A DNA stretch of 64,000 nucleotides from Eledone cirrhosa (lineage: Eukaryota). A program made the position numbers and the translations under genes. The stretch lies in assembly GCA_964016885.1 (NCBI GenBank), contig OZ024755.1, positions 15,934,001 to 15,998,000 of the forward strand, given 5' to 3'. The first letter of the stretch is position 1. Each line of letters starts with the position of its first letter. The notes below the pieces were generated by a model, which worked only from the letters and a program-made list of their open reading frames with translations, ran no database searches and was not told the origin of the DNA. This document shows positions 1 through 12,021 of this stretch, piece by piece.

Positions 1-979
1 CTAAGCCATACACCTTCACATCAATAATAATACTACTATTAACATTAATATAAGTTCCACTATTACAAACACCTCCCGTCCAACCAACGCCATTTCAGCA
101 TCATGACACCCCTTCCACTACACCACCATCACCAATACAACCTCAACCTTGTCACCAAGTCTTCCCCTTCGTCCCATTACCAGCATCTCACCACTAAAGC
201 TATAAGCTCTATTCTAACGGAAGCTGGTTTAGTCATAATCCGTTCTTTACAATCAATATACAATAAAGTTTTACCATAGCAAAGTTATCACAGCTGGAGA
301 TCTCTGTAGGAAAAATATAGAACGTTGCCAGAACAGACACTTCCATTTGACTCTAAATATGACAGACAGCTGACTAAAGAATCTAACAATGATACTACGA
401 CAGTGCTTTGTAGGTGGTCGTTGGAACTGCAAGAAAGAACACCTAACTCTCTCAGAAGTATAAAATAGAATGACTTTCGGTATTTGTTCCACCTATCCAC
501 TCCGAGTTTCAAGCCGTGCTTGACTTTGTTTTCTATCCATTAAAGATGGAGTCGATAAAATTAAGTAGCAAAGCATGATGGGAGAATTGTTAAAGCATCT
601 ACCGAGATACCTTGGGTTATTTGTTCCGGACCTGAGTTCAAATACCATCGTTCCGGACCATTTGTTCCGGACCTGAGTTCAAATACCATCGTTCCGGACC
701 TGAGTTCAAATACTTTGCTTTTCGTACTCCCGTGGTCGATAAAATAAGGTAGCAATCCAAGGGATAGAGGTGGGGGTTCGCAGAGTTATAAAACGTAGAA
801 CAAAATGCTTTGTAGGTATTCGTCCCAGCTCTTTACGTTTTAAGTTCAAATCTCACCGATTTGGGGCAGCCATGCTGAGTCAGCGGTAAGCTGCAAAAAA
901 AAAAAGCGTGTATTTCGAATATTCAAAATAAAGAATTATCATTCTCATTTATCGTAGAATGCTTTTCTTTTCTTTAAGT

Positions 980-1065
980 AAAATAAGCACTACAGACGCC
1001 ACCCTTTTACCGTCTCAGTCGGACATTAAACAAGCAACAGGAACAATGGCCACGATTCGGAATTG
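980..1065 (-). pseudogene. Degenerate duplicate of the U3 3' domain, downstream of the intact U3 gene
   Basis: Minus strand ...TTCCTGTTGCTTGTTTAATGTCCGACTGAGACGGTAAAAGGG...GTGCTTATTTT aligns to the U3 3' part ...TTCTTTGTTGGCTGTTTAATGACCGACTGAGAGGGAAAGAG...GTGTTTATTTT; also present behind the second copy (about 6330-6415). Confidence 0.6.
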
Positions 1066-1103
1066 CCTGAATAATTCTTTCCTTTAATTTGAATAAAATA
1101 AAC

Positions 1104-1332
1104 ACCACTCAGGCAGCACTCTTTCCCTCTCAGTCGGTCATTAAACAGCCAACAAAGAACGATCTTCAATGGTGAAACAATTCAAATCATGGCGGAAGAC
1201 TTAAATAGTTTACCTGTTTCACGCTCAGGAAAGAGAGCTACAGCTCATCATCGTGGTGTTGTTGTACCGCTCAATAGAATCGGATACCGTTGCGACACAT
1301 ACTTAAGAAATGATCCTTAAAAGCATGGTCTT
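1104..1332 (-). ncRNA. U3: U3 snoRNA (box C/D), apparently intact, 229 nt
   Basis: Minus strand: 5' AAGACCATGCTTTTAAGGATCATTTCT (GAC/box A'/box A), ACCACGATGATGAG (box C'), CCTGAGCGTGAA (box B), CCATTGAAGATCGTTC (box C), CCTGAGTGGT-3' (box D plus terminal stem pairing with ACCAC). Order, spacing and length match metazoan U3. Confidence 0.93.
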
Positions 1333-1425
1333 AATTAATCAGTTAGCTTGTCAAATATATATACTGATTATCATGTACATTTATGACGTCGCCTAATTTA
1401 CATATGATAGTCAAGAAAAGCCTCA
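1333..1425 (-). promoter_or_regulatory. Putative U3 proximal promoter: TATATATA at -31..-24, GCGACGTCAT at -60..-51, ATGTAAAT at -71..-64
   Basis: One difference over 90 nt versus the upstream region of the second U3 copy; identity falls off beyond about -105. Confidence 0.6.
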
Positions 1426-2230
1426 AATTAATTATTAACAATGACTTTTTTAATATTATTAACCAGTATGTAATGTCTAGTGTTTATTAAATACAGTAAT
1501 GTATTTACATTTCATGTTTTTTCGTAATTAGTATGATTTGTACTCTACGTCTTGTTGTGTTCATAGGTTTGTTTAATGTTATCTACAAAGGGAAATAATT
1601 CTAATATACAGTATATATATATGTGTGTGTGAGAGAGAGAGAGAGTGTAGGTCAGTAAGTGTGGTGTGTCATGCCATCAGTCGGCCGTAAATGAGTTGAC
1701 CCCTTATAATCAAAGTGGCACTCCCATCAGACAGGGTGTAAGTAAAGTACCCTATACATTCCGTCGCATAGTAGTAGTAGTAGTAGTAGTAGCAGCAGCA
1801 GCAGTTGAGTTTTCTTTCGTTTGTATTTATAAGCAATGCCTGTGCCGTGAAGCTTTTATAGTGAGCAAAGGCACTGCACAAAGCCAGTCCCACTCTCTTA
1901 ACCAAGATGATATTTACCAAAAAGAAGAACAAGTCAACATCATTGGATACCATCAGGGTTGCAGGTGTTATATCAGAGTTTTCCTTCTCCTAGAATTCTG
2001 CCTTGACAAAGGCTAAGGGGTCATCTCTCCTGGTGATTTTGGATGGCCATTAACTCTTAAGAGCTCCTTTGCCCTTTGACAGGTTTTGTTTTTAGTCCTG
2101 CAGGATGTCCAAAGTCACCCTCCTCACCAAGAAACCTTGGTGGGGTTGCCAGTTTAGTCGCCAACGACCCGACCATGAGACAGGTTGTACTGGGATACAT
2201 GTTACCAGTAGCACCAACTGGTGACCTGAC

Positions 2231-2288
<58 letters not shown>

Positions 2289-2326
2289 ATTAAATAAATG
2301 GAAAACTATATTTATAAAACCATATT

Positions 2327-2392
2327 TATTTCATTATATATATTTCGGGGATATCATATTAACAATATGCTATGCCTTCATCAGACAAAATA
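2327..2392 (-). ncRNA. Type I hammerhead ribozyme at the 3' end of the Penelope-like element
   Basis: TATTTTGT-CTGATGA-A-[GGCATAGCATATT gtt AATATGATATCCC]C-GAAA-TATAT-ATA-ATGAAATA: 8-bp stem I (2 G.U), long stem II with 2 mismatches, palindromic ATATATAT stem III, AUA cleavage triplet. Confidence 0.75.
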
Positions 2393-2768
2393 CAATATAA
2401 ACAGTTTTATAGATAAATATATTCGACATACCGTAATAAACATCAACTTCATTTGAAGAGGTTTACGCTAGCAGTGAAAATACAGAGAGAAAGAAAGAGA
2501 GAGAGAAAAGAGGGAAATAAGAAAGAAAGAAAGACAAAACGAAGAAAAGGAAGAAAAAGAAAAAGAAAAAGAAAAAGAAGAAATGCATGGGACAAAATAG
2601 AGAGATGGAAAAATAGATAAAGCGAAGAGCTTCATGTAAAGAGACAGAAAGATATATATATATATAGAGAGAGAGAGGAAATAGAGATAGATACATATAT
2701 ATATATAGAAAATGTATAGAAAATTAGGTAGTGGGAGGTCATTTTGAGTAAGTGTATCAATGATGCAT

Positions 2769-2803
<35 letters not shown>

Positions 2804-3880
2804 GCTCAAGTATTAATGTAAGGGAGATATATAGAGAGATATAGAGAGATATAGAGAGAGAAAAAAATTTAAAAATAGCCAGACACATTCGAGGCGTAGA
2901 AAACCCTATGTTTTAATGTATTAGTATTTATAAAACTTACACTATATTGTAAATTTCAGTATTCCTGAATGAAACAAGTATTCACAATGTGTGAAAATTC
3001 ATTATCTTATGTTTAGTTTTAAAAAATTCATATGTCTATGTGACAGCTACAAACATCAATGTGAATCCAACTGATTCACTCCGCAAACCTTAAGTTACCG
3101 GAAAACATTCTCAATGTGGTATAAAAATTTGAGCGTATTATTATTCTTGCGATTACTCTACAAGATTATCTATCAAGCAGAAATAGAGAGCAGATTTCAA
3201 TATACTAATCGAAAATATATATTATATTATAAACAAAGATAACAATAATAATGATAATAAGTAAAAATATATAAAAATATAGAATAGAAAACTAAAAAAA
3301 AAAAAAAATATTACGAAAGAATATTACATAATAAAAATATTGCATATTAAAAATACTACGTATTAAAAATATTACGTATTAAAAATTTACATATAAAAAT
3401 ATTAAAAATAAAAATAAAATAAAAAATAAAAATATTATAGAATACTACAATACTAAAAGAATAAAAATAAAAATAAAAATAAAAATAAAAATAAAAATGA
3501 AAATAAAAATAAACCACAAAGAACAACCCTTCAAAGTTAATTGACAATATATTGCCAAGTTCATTACAAGACAAAGCCAAAAATTATCTATCAAATCACA
3601 TCTAGCAAGGAATATCGCAAAAAAGATTATGATGTCCAATAATGTCTACATATGTTCCTATATTTAATATATAAGTTTATCTAGTGTAAGGTTAATTCAA
3701 AAAAAATTTGGAGCATCGGCTTTTAGGGTAGCTTAATTTTTCATGAGGAATGTTTAGATAAAAATAAAAATAAATAAAATAAAATAAACAATAAAAAGAG
3801 TAAAAAGAGGGAATCAAAGATTTAGGAATCAAAAGATTTATCGGCTAGTTCTCATATAAATATAAATCAAACTAAATATA

Positions 3881-4816
3881 CTACATTTTAAATTTAAATT
3901 TATATTTAAACGTTGAGTTTAATCTATGTTTGCAACAACTGAATAAATTTGTCCGTAGGTTAAGGGAATTTTTAGATTTTAGTATAAAGAATATCTCCTC
4001 TGCGCAGAGGTCACATGTCTCAGAGGATGAATTAAAAGGAATCCCTCTTGAGACTATATTCCAAGCCGTCGAATATCTAACGTTATCTAGCTTAAGTTGC
4101 CAGAGTACCCCTGATAGTGCCGTTGAAGATTTTTTATTTGGATCTGTGAAAGAATTCTTGTGGTTATTATAGCGAAGTTTAAATTCCGTCGATGTGGAAT
4201 CGACGTAGTTAAAAGAATTAGAGTCAGTATTAACATTACAATTGTATACTATATTTTTAACTAAGCAGTTGTTATTTAACGGACATTTAGATCTATCTCT
4301 ACAGTTACATTTGTTAACTTGTATATTATTTATGCTATTATCAGTAGGTTTTAAGTTCCTATTATTTATTCTATTAATATTTTGTGCTAAATTTTTGGTG
4401 GATGAGTAGGTTAATTTAATTGTATGCCTATTGAAGATTGAGTGGTACCTATGTGTTCTAGGGAAGCGATTATCAAGAGCTTTGAAAAATAATTTAGCGA
4501 TGTGGGTTTTAATGTTTAGTGAGAAAGGGGGGGCAAACCAAATTATGTTCCTAGTTCTATTTCTTTTTTGTCCTTTGGAATTATTGTAATGCTTTCTATT
4601 ATAGTTGTTAATGTTGTTGCCGTAATTAAAAAAGTTGTTACTTTGTTTAGTTTGTTTATCATTATCTATGTACACAATCTTATCAGTATACCCTGCCCTA
4701 GCTAGTGCATCATTATAGTATTGGGCCTTTTCGTCAAAAATCTTTCTATTCGACGAGATCCTAGAGATACGTTTTTGGACTGAGTTTACTATAGTGTTTT
4801 TGACAGATATATACAA
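3881..4816 (-). pseudogene. Penelope-like element ORF remnant: RT thumb, linker and GIY-YIG endonuclease (311 aa open)
   Basis: Motifs RISRISS..F, IIWFAPPFS, IFNRHTIKLTYS, CNCRDRSKCPL (CxCx5C), NIVY...YVDST (YIG Gly replaced by Asp), FKLRYNNH, CDLCAEE, LN..CKH. RT core absent. Confidence 0.85.
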
Positions 4817-4973
4817 TATATTAGTAGTTTCTATTTATTAATATATTGTGTATTTACTCCACTCGCAGTTGAGTGCTTTATATCAGTTATAAAAATGTTT
4901 AAGCTTGTTGAATCCCAACAAATTAAATATAACCCCTGCATATATATACTTCTGACAGCCAATTCCGTTTTAG

Positions 4974-5052
<79 letters not shown>

Positions 5053-5158
5053 GAGACAGAGCAAATATATTGATCAAAATAAATTATATCGATTTGATTA
5101 TACCATAAAAAGCCCAATAAACGTTAAGGGCTAAAAACTAAAATTGCAGGGCATCATT

Positions 5159-5384
5159 TACACAATACTATTAAGATATAATAATACTTATATTTACCAA
5201 AACAAACCATATTAAAAACAATACATTTAAAAGCAAACGCAATTTTACTCCCATTATAATTAGTAAATCCAATTATTTACTAATTATAATGGAAGTAAAA
5301 TCGCGTTTGCTTTTAAATGTATTGTTTTTGCGATGCTTTGTTTTGCTAAATATAAGTATCATAATACCTTAATGATATTGTGTA
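5159..5384. repeat. Imperfect inverted repeat, ~110-bp arms, 6-nt loop
   Basis: 5159-5268 is the reverse complement of 5275-5384; near-perfect in the inner ~55 bp, more diverged outside. Confidence 0.85.
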
Positions 5385-5480
5385 TATATATATATGTAGC
5401 TCTACACCTCGCCACTGACGTGAACCTAAACATCGAGTGCTCACCTGGGTGAACCTACAGTAACTTCACGATACACTCCC

Positions 5481-5549
<69 letters not shown>

Positions 5550-5979
5550 ATGTATGTATACGCGTATATATATATAGGTATGTGGGTGTGAGAGTGTGTG
5601 TACTAAACAGACAAAACAACAACAAGACGGTAGACGGTGCAAATTGAGAATATTAGTTTAACACATCTACAGTGTAAAATGTAAATTTAAATCTCTGTCT
5701 AAATTGTAAGTTACCTATAAATGATGTCAGGAGCAATGTACAATATGAGACATCCGAGTCAAAATCTTTCACGTGATAAGAATTAGAATTATCTCCCTTT
5801 ATAGATAACTTTAGTATACATATGGTACATAGCTAAAGGTATAATATAGTTCTGTTTACTAAAAGTTATATTAACTTTATTAAAACCATCAAACATTAAT
5901 ACATTACTGTATTTATTAAACATTATATATTACATAATGGTAAATCCTTTTAAAAACCATTTTGTAAATAATTAATTTG

Positions 5980-6070
5980 TGGCTTTTCTTGACTATCATA
6001 TGTAAATTAGGCGACGTCATAAATGTACATGATAATCTGTATATATATTTGACAAGCTAACTGATTAATT
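5980..6070 (+). promoter_or_regulatory. Upstream block of the second U3 copy (TATATATA 6040-6047, GCGACGTCAT 6011-6020)
   Basis: Near-identical reverse complement of 1333-1425. Confidence 0.55.
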
Positions 6071-6288
6071 AAGACCATGCTTTTAAGGATCATCACTTAA
6101 GTATGTGTCGCAACGGTATCCGATTTTTTTGAGCGGTACAACAACACCACGATGATGAGGTATAGCTCTCTTTCCTGAGCCTGAAACTGGTGAACTATTT
6201 AAGTCTTCCGCTATGATTTGAATTGTTTCACCATTGAAGATCGTTCTCTGTTGGTTGTTTAATAACCGACTGAGAGGGAAAGAGTGGT
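6071..6288 (+). pseudogene. U3: U3 snoRNA copy lacking box D (probable pseudogene or variant)
   Basis: Colinear with 1104-1332 but with 13 substitutions (box A TTTC>TCAC, box B GAGCGTGA>GAGCCTGA, new T7 run) and an 11-nt deletion between two GAGTG motifs that removes the terminal CTGA. Confidence 0.85.
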
Positions 6289-6544
6289 GCTTATTTTATT
6301 CAACTTAAAGGAAAGAATTTTTCAGGCAATTCCGAATCGTGACCATCATTCCTGTTGGTTGTTTAATGGCCGACTGAGACGGAAAAAGGGTGGCTTCTGT
6401 GGTGTTTATTTTACTTAAAAGTAAAGAAAGCATTTTACGATAAATGAGAATGATAATTCTTTATTTTACAGTTGACCGACAGAAATAGTTTTAACAAAGT
6501 CTTGATTGAGAATGTAGTTGTTGTTGCTGTGTTACTGATGTTGT

Positions 6545-6725
6545 AGTTGTTTCATTTGGCGAGTAGCTGCTGTGACTTTCTCCTACATTTTATCGATGTA
6601 ATTGTTGTTTCATTCGGTGGACTGTTGCTGTGTCTTTTCCCTACATTTAATTACTGTGTTGTTTTATTTCGCAGACTGCTGCTGTGCCTTTCCTCTACAT
6701 TTGATCGCTGTGATTGTTCGCTACT
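6545..6725 (+). repeat. Three diverged tandem units of ~55 bp
   Basis: Recurring (C)TGCTGTG.CTTT.C.CTACATTT core at about 6567, 6627 and 6679. Confidence 0.7.
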
Positions 6726-7643
6726 GTAGAAAAGAGGTATTGTTTTTTTTATTTATATCTGTATTCTATATTTTTATTTCGTTTTTCGCTAACACACATA
6801 TCTTGTACAATAAAGACCTATTTAAGTAAGTAAGTAACTGTCAGTTAATAACATCTTACATTTAAATGAACCGACTGCCAAGTCTTTATCCAACTAATCT
6901 ACTCCGTCTATGAAGTGATCTCTCCTAATCCACATATAAATCGCCTAATTATATGTCTGCACATATCCATAAATAAAGACTTCGATCGGTTAGCTTCTTC
7001 TGGTCTGTAATTACTGCACGTCTCTGATATAATTTATTGTTGCATTTACTATACGACATTCAAAATGGCTAAGTTAGTAGAACGCCTGACTGAATGTTTT
7101 ATTGTAATTGGTTCGATATCTCGTTGTCGCTGTCCTTCATTATCTCTTTCGTTAATATGTTAAAACTGATTCAATTATTCCTCTGACATAAATTATACTT
7201 CTGTCTTCACGAAAGACAGTATTATATTGTAGTTAATGGTGATGTTGTTTGTTAACCATTTTGTGACCATATTTCTAACGAAATACATTGTATTTTAATT
7301 AATTAAAGAAGATTTGGGACATCTTTACCAAAATTTCATTATGTTATTAATAAGATGGTATAAGGTATTGACAGGATTGTTAAAACGTCAGACAAGACGC
7401 TTTGCGGTATTTAGACAAGGCTCTCCATGTTCTGAATTCAAATGCGCCGTGGTCAACTTTGCCTTTCATCTTTCTGAGATACCAGTATTACTCACTTATC
7501 GATACAATATCGATTTCTCATAACATCAAAATGTTTTCACTGGGCATAAACCAATTTATGTAGCGAAAGGATATAGTCATATATCTACTCAAAATAATCT
7601 CATTATGGTACTAATACTTACACTGTGTATTTATTACTATGTG

Positions 7644-7960
7644 TGGACGCAACGTGGCCGAATGGTTAACAATTTCGGTTTGCAATCATGAGGACTTAGG
7701 TTCGATACCACAACGTTGCATTTTTCAGAAAGTGTTATTGATCATAACTTCGGGTTTTATAAGTGTAATTGGGTTGACGGAAACTGTTTGGAAGCCCGCC
7801 AGAAGGGCTGTGCCTGTAATACAAAGAGCTGTCTTTGTCACACATTGTGTAACGCTATATTTCTCTGAAAATTAAGTTACAGGTACACGTGCTTATGGAA
7901 TACTCAGCCACTTATATTATAATGATTCTAATTTATGAGAACGGCAATGTTGATCAAAAT
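7644..7960 (+). mobile_element. tRNA-derived SINE
   Basis: A box TGGCCGAATGG and B box GGTTCGATACC; body similar to segments at about 16420-16560 and 24375-24560. Confidence 0.65.
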
Positions 7961-9050
7961 CAACGCCAGTACTTGACAACGAAAAGGTTAAACATTTTGG
8001 TAATTTCTTTCATGTTCAGGCTAGCTGATGGTGCAATCAACCTACTTATATTTCCTGTTACATGTGGGAATATATAAATAGGTGTAATATTTTGTATCAA
8101 AGTAAATATGTGTGCTATTCAATACCATCTTAAGAGATGGACACACTGGTCAGATGCCAGGTGTTCCCCAGAGTCAAGAGGCCCAATGCCAATCCATGCT
8201 TGCTTTTCTTCTATATGTAGGGACCTCAGTGAATTACTTTACCCAGGAGCTTATAATACTGTTAAGATCGCTATTATTAAAGAAAATAGATGTGAAAACA
8301 AAACGAAAGTGGAAAAATATAGTTATTTGTTTTAATAAAAAAAAACATATCTGCATTTTAAATTTTATTTATTTTATCTTTATGATATTTTTTTTTTATT
8401 AACTTCCAATTGTATTATGAGTGTAATGAGTAAGTTCACCAACACTATTCCAATAAGATTTTATAATGATCTATTTTACTGACCTTGCTATAGAGGAAGG
8501 ATAGATAAATGCGTATTGTTTGTTTCAACGTCTGCTTACTTGGTAATATAAAACATTTACATCGGCAAAAATATATATAATTCGGTGTATTGTATTGAAA
8601 AATGAATAACTGTATAACTGTATATCTGTAATCTTGTTATTTTTGTCTTCAGAAATTAGATAAAAATCTTTGAAAATCATACGGAAATGATTATATGTGA
8701 CAGATTGGATTTTAGTTCAGGAAAAACATTGTAAAAGACAATGACCACACAAGAAGAATTAGCAAATAAAGAGAGATGGAATAAAAAGAATAAAATAGAT
8801 AATGTCTTCCAGAAATATCGACCGAGTTCGTGGAAGTCAGAAATAAAAATACCAAACTGAGAAGTAAGAAAAGATAGGAATATATGGTAAACTTCTAAAA
8901 AAGATATAGATATATAGATATATGTCTATGTATGTGTCTGTTTGTGAGTGTATATATAATATATATATATATACACTCACAAACACACACACATACCAAC
9001 GCATGTATATATATATATATATAATATGTTTATATATATATATATATAAG

Positions 9051-9096
<46 letters not shown>

Positions 9097-9199
9097 ATAT
9101 ATGTGTGTGTGTTTGTGAGTGTGTTCATATATATGTATGTGTATATATTTGTATATGTATATATATATATATGTATACATATATTATATGTATATATAT

Positions 9200-9492
9200 A
9201 TATAAAACGAAAAATCAGTGATACATCTGAAATCAATGTATTGTGTGTTACAATTATTTTGCCGGCGGACAGCTCGAGACGCGATCATTGTGTGGATCTG
9301 TCTGATTCTGGACCCGCAGGTTCGACGGACACGTCTAATGATTTCGGAAATCATTAGACGTGTCCGTCGAACCTGCGGGTCCAGAATCAGACAGATCCAC
9401 ACAATGATCGCGTCTCGAGCTGTCCGCCGGCAAAATAATTGTAACACACAATAAATTGAGTTCAGATGTATCATTGATTTTTCGTTTTATAT
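9200..9492. repeat. Near-perfect 293-bp palindrome (146-bp arms, 1-nt centre at 9346)
   Basis: Arms are reverse complements with 3 mismatches, all in the outer ~40 bp; preceded by (TA)n, followed by an ~80-bp unique tail and (CA)n(TA)n. Confidence 0.95.
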
Positions 9493-9570
9493 TATATCAT
9501 ACTCTGCTCTGTAAGAGCATAGAGTGCTCAACCGGCATACCGCCTATGGAAGCATCTTAGCTACCATCAG

Positions 9571-9601
<31 letters not shown>

Positions 9602-9644
9602 ATGTATATATATATATTATATATATATTATATATATATATTAT

Positions 9645-9770
9645 TTGCGGTCTGAGTTCAAATCCCACCGAGGTTAACTTTGCCTTTCATCCTTACGGGG
9701 TCGATAAAATAAAGTACCAGTAATGCACTGGGTAATTGATGGCCTTGTGCCAAAAGTAGAAACAATTATA
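9645..9770 (+). mobile_element. Representative of the most abundant SINE family in the window
   Basis: CTGAGTTCAAATCCC.CCGAGGT.AACTTTGCCTTTCATCCTT.CGGGGTCGATAAAATAA.GTACCAG core; further copies at about 500-870, 7430, 13700-13850(-), 28160, 34325-34720, 35875-36450(-), 41820-42605(-), 45760-45950, 55305-55465. Confidence 0.8.
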
Positions 9771-10407
9771 TATATATATATATATAATATATATATATAT
9801 AACATAATGTGTGAGTGTATTCATATATACGTATGTTATCAGATAAATAACAAAAATAAACTAACTAGAATAAAAATATGAAGTCTTTGGGGGATAAATA
9901 GAGTGGAAATTGTAGAATGTTAGAATAAAAAGACGCAACAAAAAAAATTCTATGAAAATTTTCTAAAAAAATTACGTCTAGATTGTCAAATATTATTATC
10001 GTCTTTTCCTTTTAATAATCTCGGTACATTTTTCATTAACAAGCAGACGACAATTCGCTGCGTTAACAATGGCTTCTCATAAGATCAGAGATTGTAAGCT
10101 TTGTCATATAATCAGAGATCGTAAGTATTGTCATATTTCAGAAAATAAGAAATTATCTTTTTTCTAAACTGTTTAAAGAAGTATTTTTCAATACCACTTT
10201 TTCCACTTTTTTTTATAATTTTTTATTTTTATTTCTCCCTCAGTAGCTATTTATATTGTCATCGTTGCTTCTTCTTTTCAGCAACTGTAACTATGGACGT
10301 TATAGTTGATGTGAATGTTTTTGAAGCAGAGCATATTTCTACTGTGCAACATATCTTCGTAATGAAATATTTGTTAGGCTTCTATTTTTTTTTTTTTGCT
10401 TTTTATT

Positions 10408-10506
<99 letters not shown>

Positions 10507-10789
10507 TATATATACATTAATACATACATACATACATACATTAATACATGCATGCATACATACATACATGCATGCATACATACATATGTAAATATATACT
10601 TACATACATGTGTATATATATATACATATACATATTGCTCTTTATTTAGTGATCGTTACTGTCATTATAGTTAAATTAATGTTTCCTAGTCCCGTGATTA
10701 ATCAATGGACCATAGAATAATTATCATGAGTTTTATGTTGCTATTTTCTCTTGACTTCCAATAATAATAATAATGATGATGATGATGAG

Positions 10790-11870
10790 TAAGTAGCAAA
10801 CTGTTCTGCAGATACAAATGAAATATGGATATATAAAACCTGAACCCATTCCAATTAACAGAGGTATATTTCAAGGGGACTCCCTGCAACCACTCCTCCT
10901 CTGCTTTGCATTGACACCATTCTCCGAAATTCTAAACATGACTGGAGTTTGGTTATAAATGCTACGGCAAGAAAATTAACCATCACCTGAATATGGACGA
11001 ACCAAAGCTGGATGCTACAGAAGAGAGACAACTTGAAACAGTGCTGCAGACAGTACATTGATTCACAAAAGAATTTGACATAAAATTCGGACTATAAAAA
11101 TGTACCAAAACTAGTTAAGAAGTAGTGTATTAAAATCCTAGACTGAAGGATTTCAAATTGCAACACAAGATCAATACCTTCTCACCAGAAAACACCAAAA
11201 ATACATAATAAAGTGGAACACAGCAAGTAACACAGAATAAGTGGGGCCGCGGATGAAAGGATTAACCACATTGTCTCTCGTTGCCCTGTTTTAGCAAAAA
11301 AAAAGTATATATCCACAGACATGATAGATTTGGGATATACATACACTGAAAGTTATTCCAAAACTACGAAATCCAATAGAAAACAGGTGGTACACACACG
11401 CACCAGGTGGTACAAACACACATGTGAGAGAAAGGTGACAAGAAACAATACTCTGGGATATGCCGATACAAACATACAAGAAGATCAAAGCCAAAGACCA
11501 CAAAGAAAAGAAAAACTCTTCTAATTGATGTGTCTGACCCCACAGATGACAATATATCTATGAAGAAATGGAAAATTTATACAATTATAAGTAACCTACA
11601 AATAGAAATAACCTGAATGTGGGTGTTGAAAACATAAACAATAGCCATAATAAAAAGTGCTCTGGGAATAATAATAAACAAGACTTACATATATATACAG
11701 CATACACAAAGTAGCACTACAAGATACTGCACACATATTACGAAGAATACTTTCAATATCATAGAAACAACAAAACCAAAAACCACACTGCAGATATCCA
11801 AGGCACACAGGGCTGTGCTCGGTAATGCAGTGTCAACACGCAATAAAAATGAGACGAATAGTAGTAATAA
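10790..11870 (+). mobile_element. Degraded R4/Dong-like (restriction-like endonuclease) non-LTR retrotransposon fragment
   Basis: Broken frames give PINRGIFQGDSL (RT), TEGFQIATQDQ, INHIVSRCPVLAKK (CCHC knuckle region), ILWDMPIQT and LIDVSDP; TAA-like repeats at both ends. Confidence 0.75.
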
Positions 11871-11967
11871 TTTCTTTGTTGCATTCATTTTATTGTGATA
11901 ATGAAAAACAATTAAATCACATTTTATATATTAGTGATATCAATAATTACATACATACATATGTATG

Positions 11968-12021
<54 letters not shown>

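Larger units (their letters stand above)
2285..4977 (-). mobile_element. 5'-truncated Penelope-like retroelement (C-terminal GIY-YIG type) embedded in (TA)n
   Basis: Bounded by (TA)n at about 2234-2284 and 4978-5049; contains the thumb/linker/GIY-YIG ORF, a long 3' region and a same-strand hammerhead near the 3' end. Outer boundaries approximate. Confidence 0.75.

Noticed and set aside
7644-7720. tRNA gene
   Set aside because: A and B boxes are present but no clean cloverleaf; continues into a repeated body, so it is a SINE head.
8020-8340. Cys-containing frames after an acceptor-like site; similar exon-like stretches near 8650 and 10280
   Set aside because: In-frame stops, no recognisable homology and no consistent exon chain.
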